Below, in pieces: positions 37,101-39,208 of a DNA stretch of 39,208 nucleotides. Every line of letters starts with the position of its first letter. Position 1 is the stretch's first letter. Origin of the DNA: Jimgerdemannia flammicorona (Eukaryota); NCBI GenBank assembly GCA_003990765.1, contig RBNJ01000148.1:1-39208 (forward strand), read 5' to 3'. The notes beneath the pieces are model-generated. The model saw only the letters and a program-made list of their open reading frames with translations. It was not told the origin of the DNA and did not search any database. A program made the position numbers and the translations under genes.

Positions 37101-39208
37101 TGAACCTACCTAAATATGATATATTACTATAGCCAGGGTGATTGTTTTGTTTGTAATAGTATTTTAGATAGTCTGAATAAAGAAGTCCAAGTGACTATAA
37201 TAAAAAAAAAAAAAAAAAAAAAGTCAGCTCATTAGGGATAGTACAGCTTGGGTATATGGTATTTTGAAGGGACTTGAGCCTGTGGACTGAATGGAAGATT
37301 GGTCTTCTTAGATCAGGAGAAAGCATATTTAGTGGGTCTGGCTGACAAAGATCCTGGATAGGATTGGTATTCCTCAGCAGTTTCAAGCAATAATGATCAG
37401 TCTGCTGGAAGGGAGTAAAGCAGAACTCATGTACAATGGGTATAGAGGGGTGGCATTCTCTCTGGAGAGGGGTGTTCTCCAGGGGGACCCACTATCTCCT
37501 ATTTTGTATATACTGTCCTTGAAGTCTTTGATGGATAGGATTTGGTGGAAGATAGCAGAGCTCTTAGTATTTGATATTGTATGAAGAGTTAGCACCTTTG
37601 CAGATAATATAGTGGTTGGGCTAGGGTTGATTGCTGATGTTGAGCTCCAGAAATCAGTGGAGTGGTATGAGGTATACTCCAGAGCTAAACTTAACTGGTA
37701 TAAGTGTAAAATGATGGTATTAGGCAATGGCCTGATGAGAGGAGATACCATTGGAACAATTGTCCTTGCTGGAGAGACTGTGAGGTACTTAGACATTTTT
37801 CTTTCAGTATATAGATCAGTTATACCAAGATCTTGGTGGGAGTAGTAGATAGTTATCTGGAGAGAGGTCTTGTGAAGCTGGGGTGGCTGCCACTTTTCTT
37901 TGGCTGGGTGCATTATAATTTTGAATGTCTAATGGTTGCTGAAGTTGTGATATTTGATATATTATCTGGAATTTCCAGCCTGGGTAGTGAAGAGGCTATT
38001 GAAGTTGGCCAAAGATTAGATCTGGGCTGAGAGAAGAAGTCAGATTAGCTGGGAAATATTGTCATTACTAGTGGCTAGAGGAGGCCTTAAGCTGGTTGAA
38101 TTTTCAAAGAGATTGCATTATCTGAGAGTATGGTGGCTGAAGAGAGCAGTGGAACTGAGGAGTGGTGATTGGGTTCTGCTGATGAAAAAGGTCTGGAAGA
38201 TGAGGTGCTTACTAAGAGGAACTACTGGGAATTTACTATCTATAGTTGGACTTCCAAATAGTGGGCACATGAGGTTTTAGAGCTTCTGGTAGAGAGTAGT
38301 TGATGGGGCTCACTAGATTGAAATTCACTAGCAGGGAGATGAAAGAGAGGTGCCTTGGGGCCCAGCAATATAGAGGTAGGATTAAGTGTTATTGTGGGGT
38401 ACTTTTCTTATAAACTTTGATATTAGTGATAGAGTTGAGTGCCAGAGGGGGTTGGGACAAGATACATGACCTAGTAGCTAGTAGATAGTGAGTGTAGGAG
38501 AGGAGTGAGACTGAAATGGAGTCTGGGCCTGGAGTATAGAAGTGAGGTAATAGTTACCACCCAAGTACTGAGTGGTCTGATAGTATATGCTGTAGAGAAA
38601 TGTTATACTCAACTTTCACTCAGGCCACCTTATAGAGGGGGAGAGTTTTAACTGTGAGAAGTGCTATAATATAAGACTGGAAGGGGAATTTGTACAGATG
38701 CCAGAACATTATCTGGAAGAGTGCACAATACTTGGCAATTTTTGGTTAGCAGTTGGGAATAGATTAGATATGGTGTATAGGAGAGATAATGAGAGGGGTC
38801 ATTGGGAGGATCTGAAGGATAGATTGGTAGGGGGGGTGGGGAAGAAGTAGCTTACTTTAGATTGGATGTTAGCTATATAGATAGGGTTAGTGGGTCATCA
38901 GCTATTTATATTTGAGGAAGAGAAGTGTTTAAGTCTGGGGGAGCAGTTGCTGAGGTGGGAAGGATTGATGGAGAATGTCTTGACAGGCTGGTGGCTGGGA
39001 TGGAATCTGTAGAGAGATTAGCAGTACTGTTTAGTAGAGAAAATTTATGAGTAGAGTGAGAAGAAGGTTGGAGAGGTGAGTGGCAAGATGATATTCAAGC
39101 ATGAGAGTATAAGAGAGGGGGCCCCTAGGGGTATTGGGTAGTAGGTGGGGTTATTGTAATTATGGTTAATAGATTGGTAATAAATAATGAAGTCTAAGAG
39201 ACTATAAA

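Larger units (their letters stand above)
31527..37222 (+). mobile_element. Near full-length L1/Tx1-like LINE B (~5.7 kb)
   Basis: 14-bp TSD GTCAGCTCATTAGG (31513-31526 and 37223-37236), AATAAA, A21 tail, ORF1 and ORF2 remnants. Confidence 0.93.
27525..39208 (+). mobile_element. L1/Tx1-like LINE A (decayed; 5' boundary approximate), split by LINE B; own segments are ~27525-31526 and 37237-39208
   Basis: APE motifs (INMN, LRGDFN, RIDW), RT (APGENDLPWNFW, LDQEKAY, QGDPLSP, FADN, YLDI), C-terminal CxxC..H..C and a 3' end AGTCTAAGAGACTATAAA at the window edge. Confidence 0.88.

Noticed and set aside
27836-37913. Numerous Pro/Ser-rich minus-strand ORFs in the ORF track
   Set aside because: These are antisense shadows of the G-rich LINE sense strand.

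Overview
Eukaryotic, probably fungal, repeat-dense DNA made almost entirely of nested, mostly decayed transposons. No intact host protein gene is evident. Left to right: the 3' end of a young intron-containing hAT transposon inserted into the integrase of a minus-strand Ty3/Gypsy element (A; gag-CCHC-dUTPase-PR-RT-RH-IN); an unexplained repeat-rich stretch; an old minus-strand hAT split exactly in its 'D-x-TRWNS' motif by a full-length Gypsy element (B, 9340-19514; ~1.29-kb LTRs, 4-bp TSD, PR...dUTPase-RT-RH, separately initiated integrase, extra ORF3); a 3' fragment of a relative of B (C) carrying a long-TIR Tc1, a fold-back hAT MITE and a tiny LINE-tail insertion; and two L1/Tx1-like LINEs nested one inside the other. 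The most striking item, missed by the ORF track, is a full-length U6 snRNA copy with an oligo-T tail and a target-site duplication inside pol of element B (14796-14930). Old elements are almost CpG-free with heavy C>T/G>A decay, while young insertions keep their CpGs. All calls come from manual reading; no searches were run.
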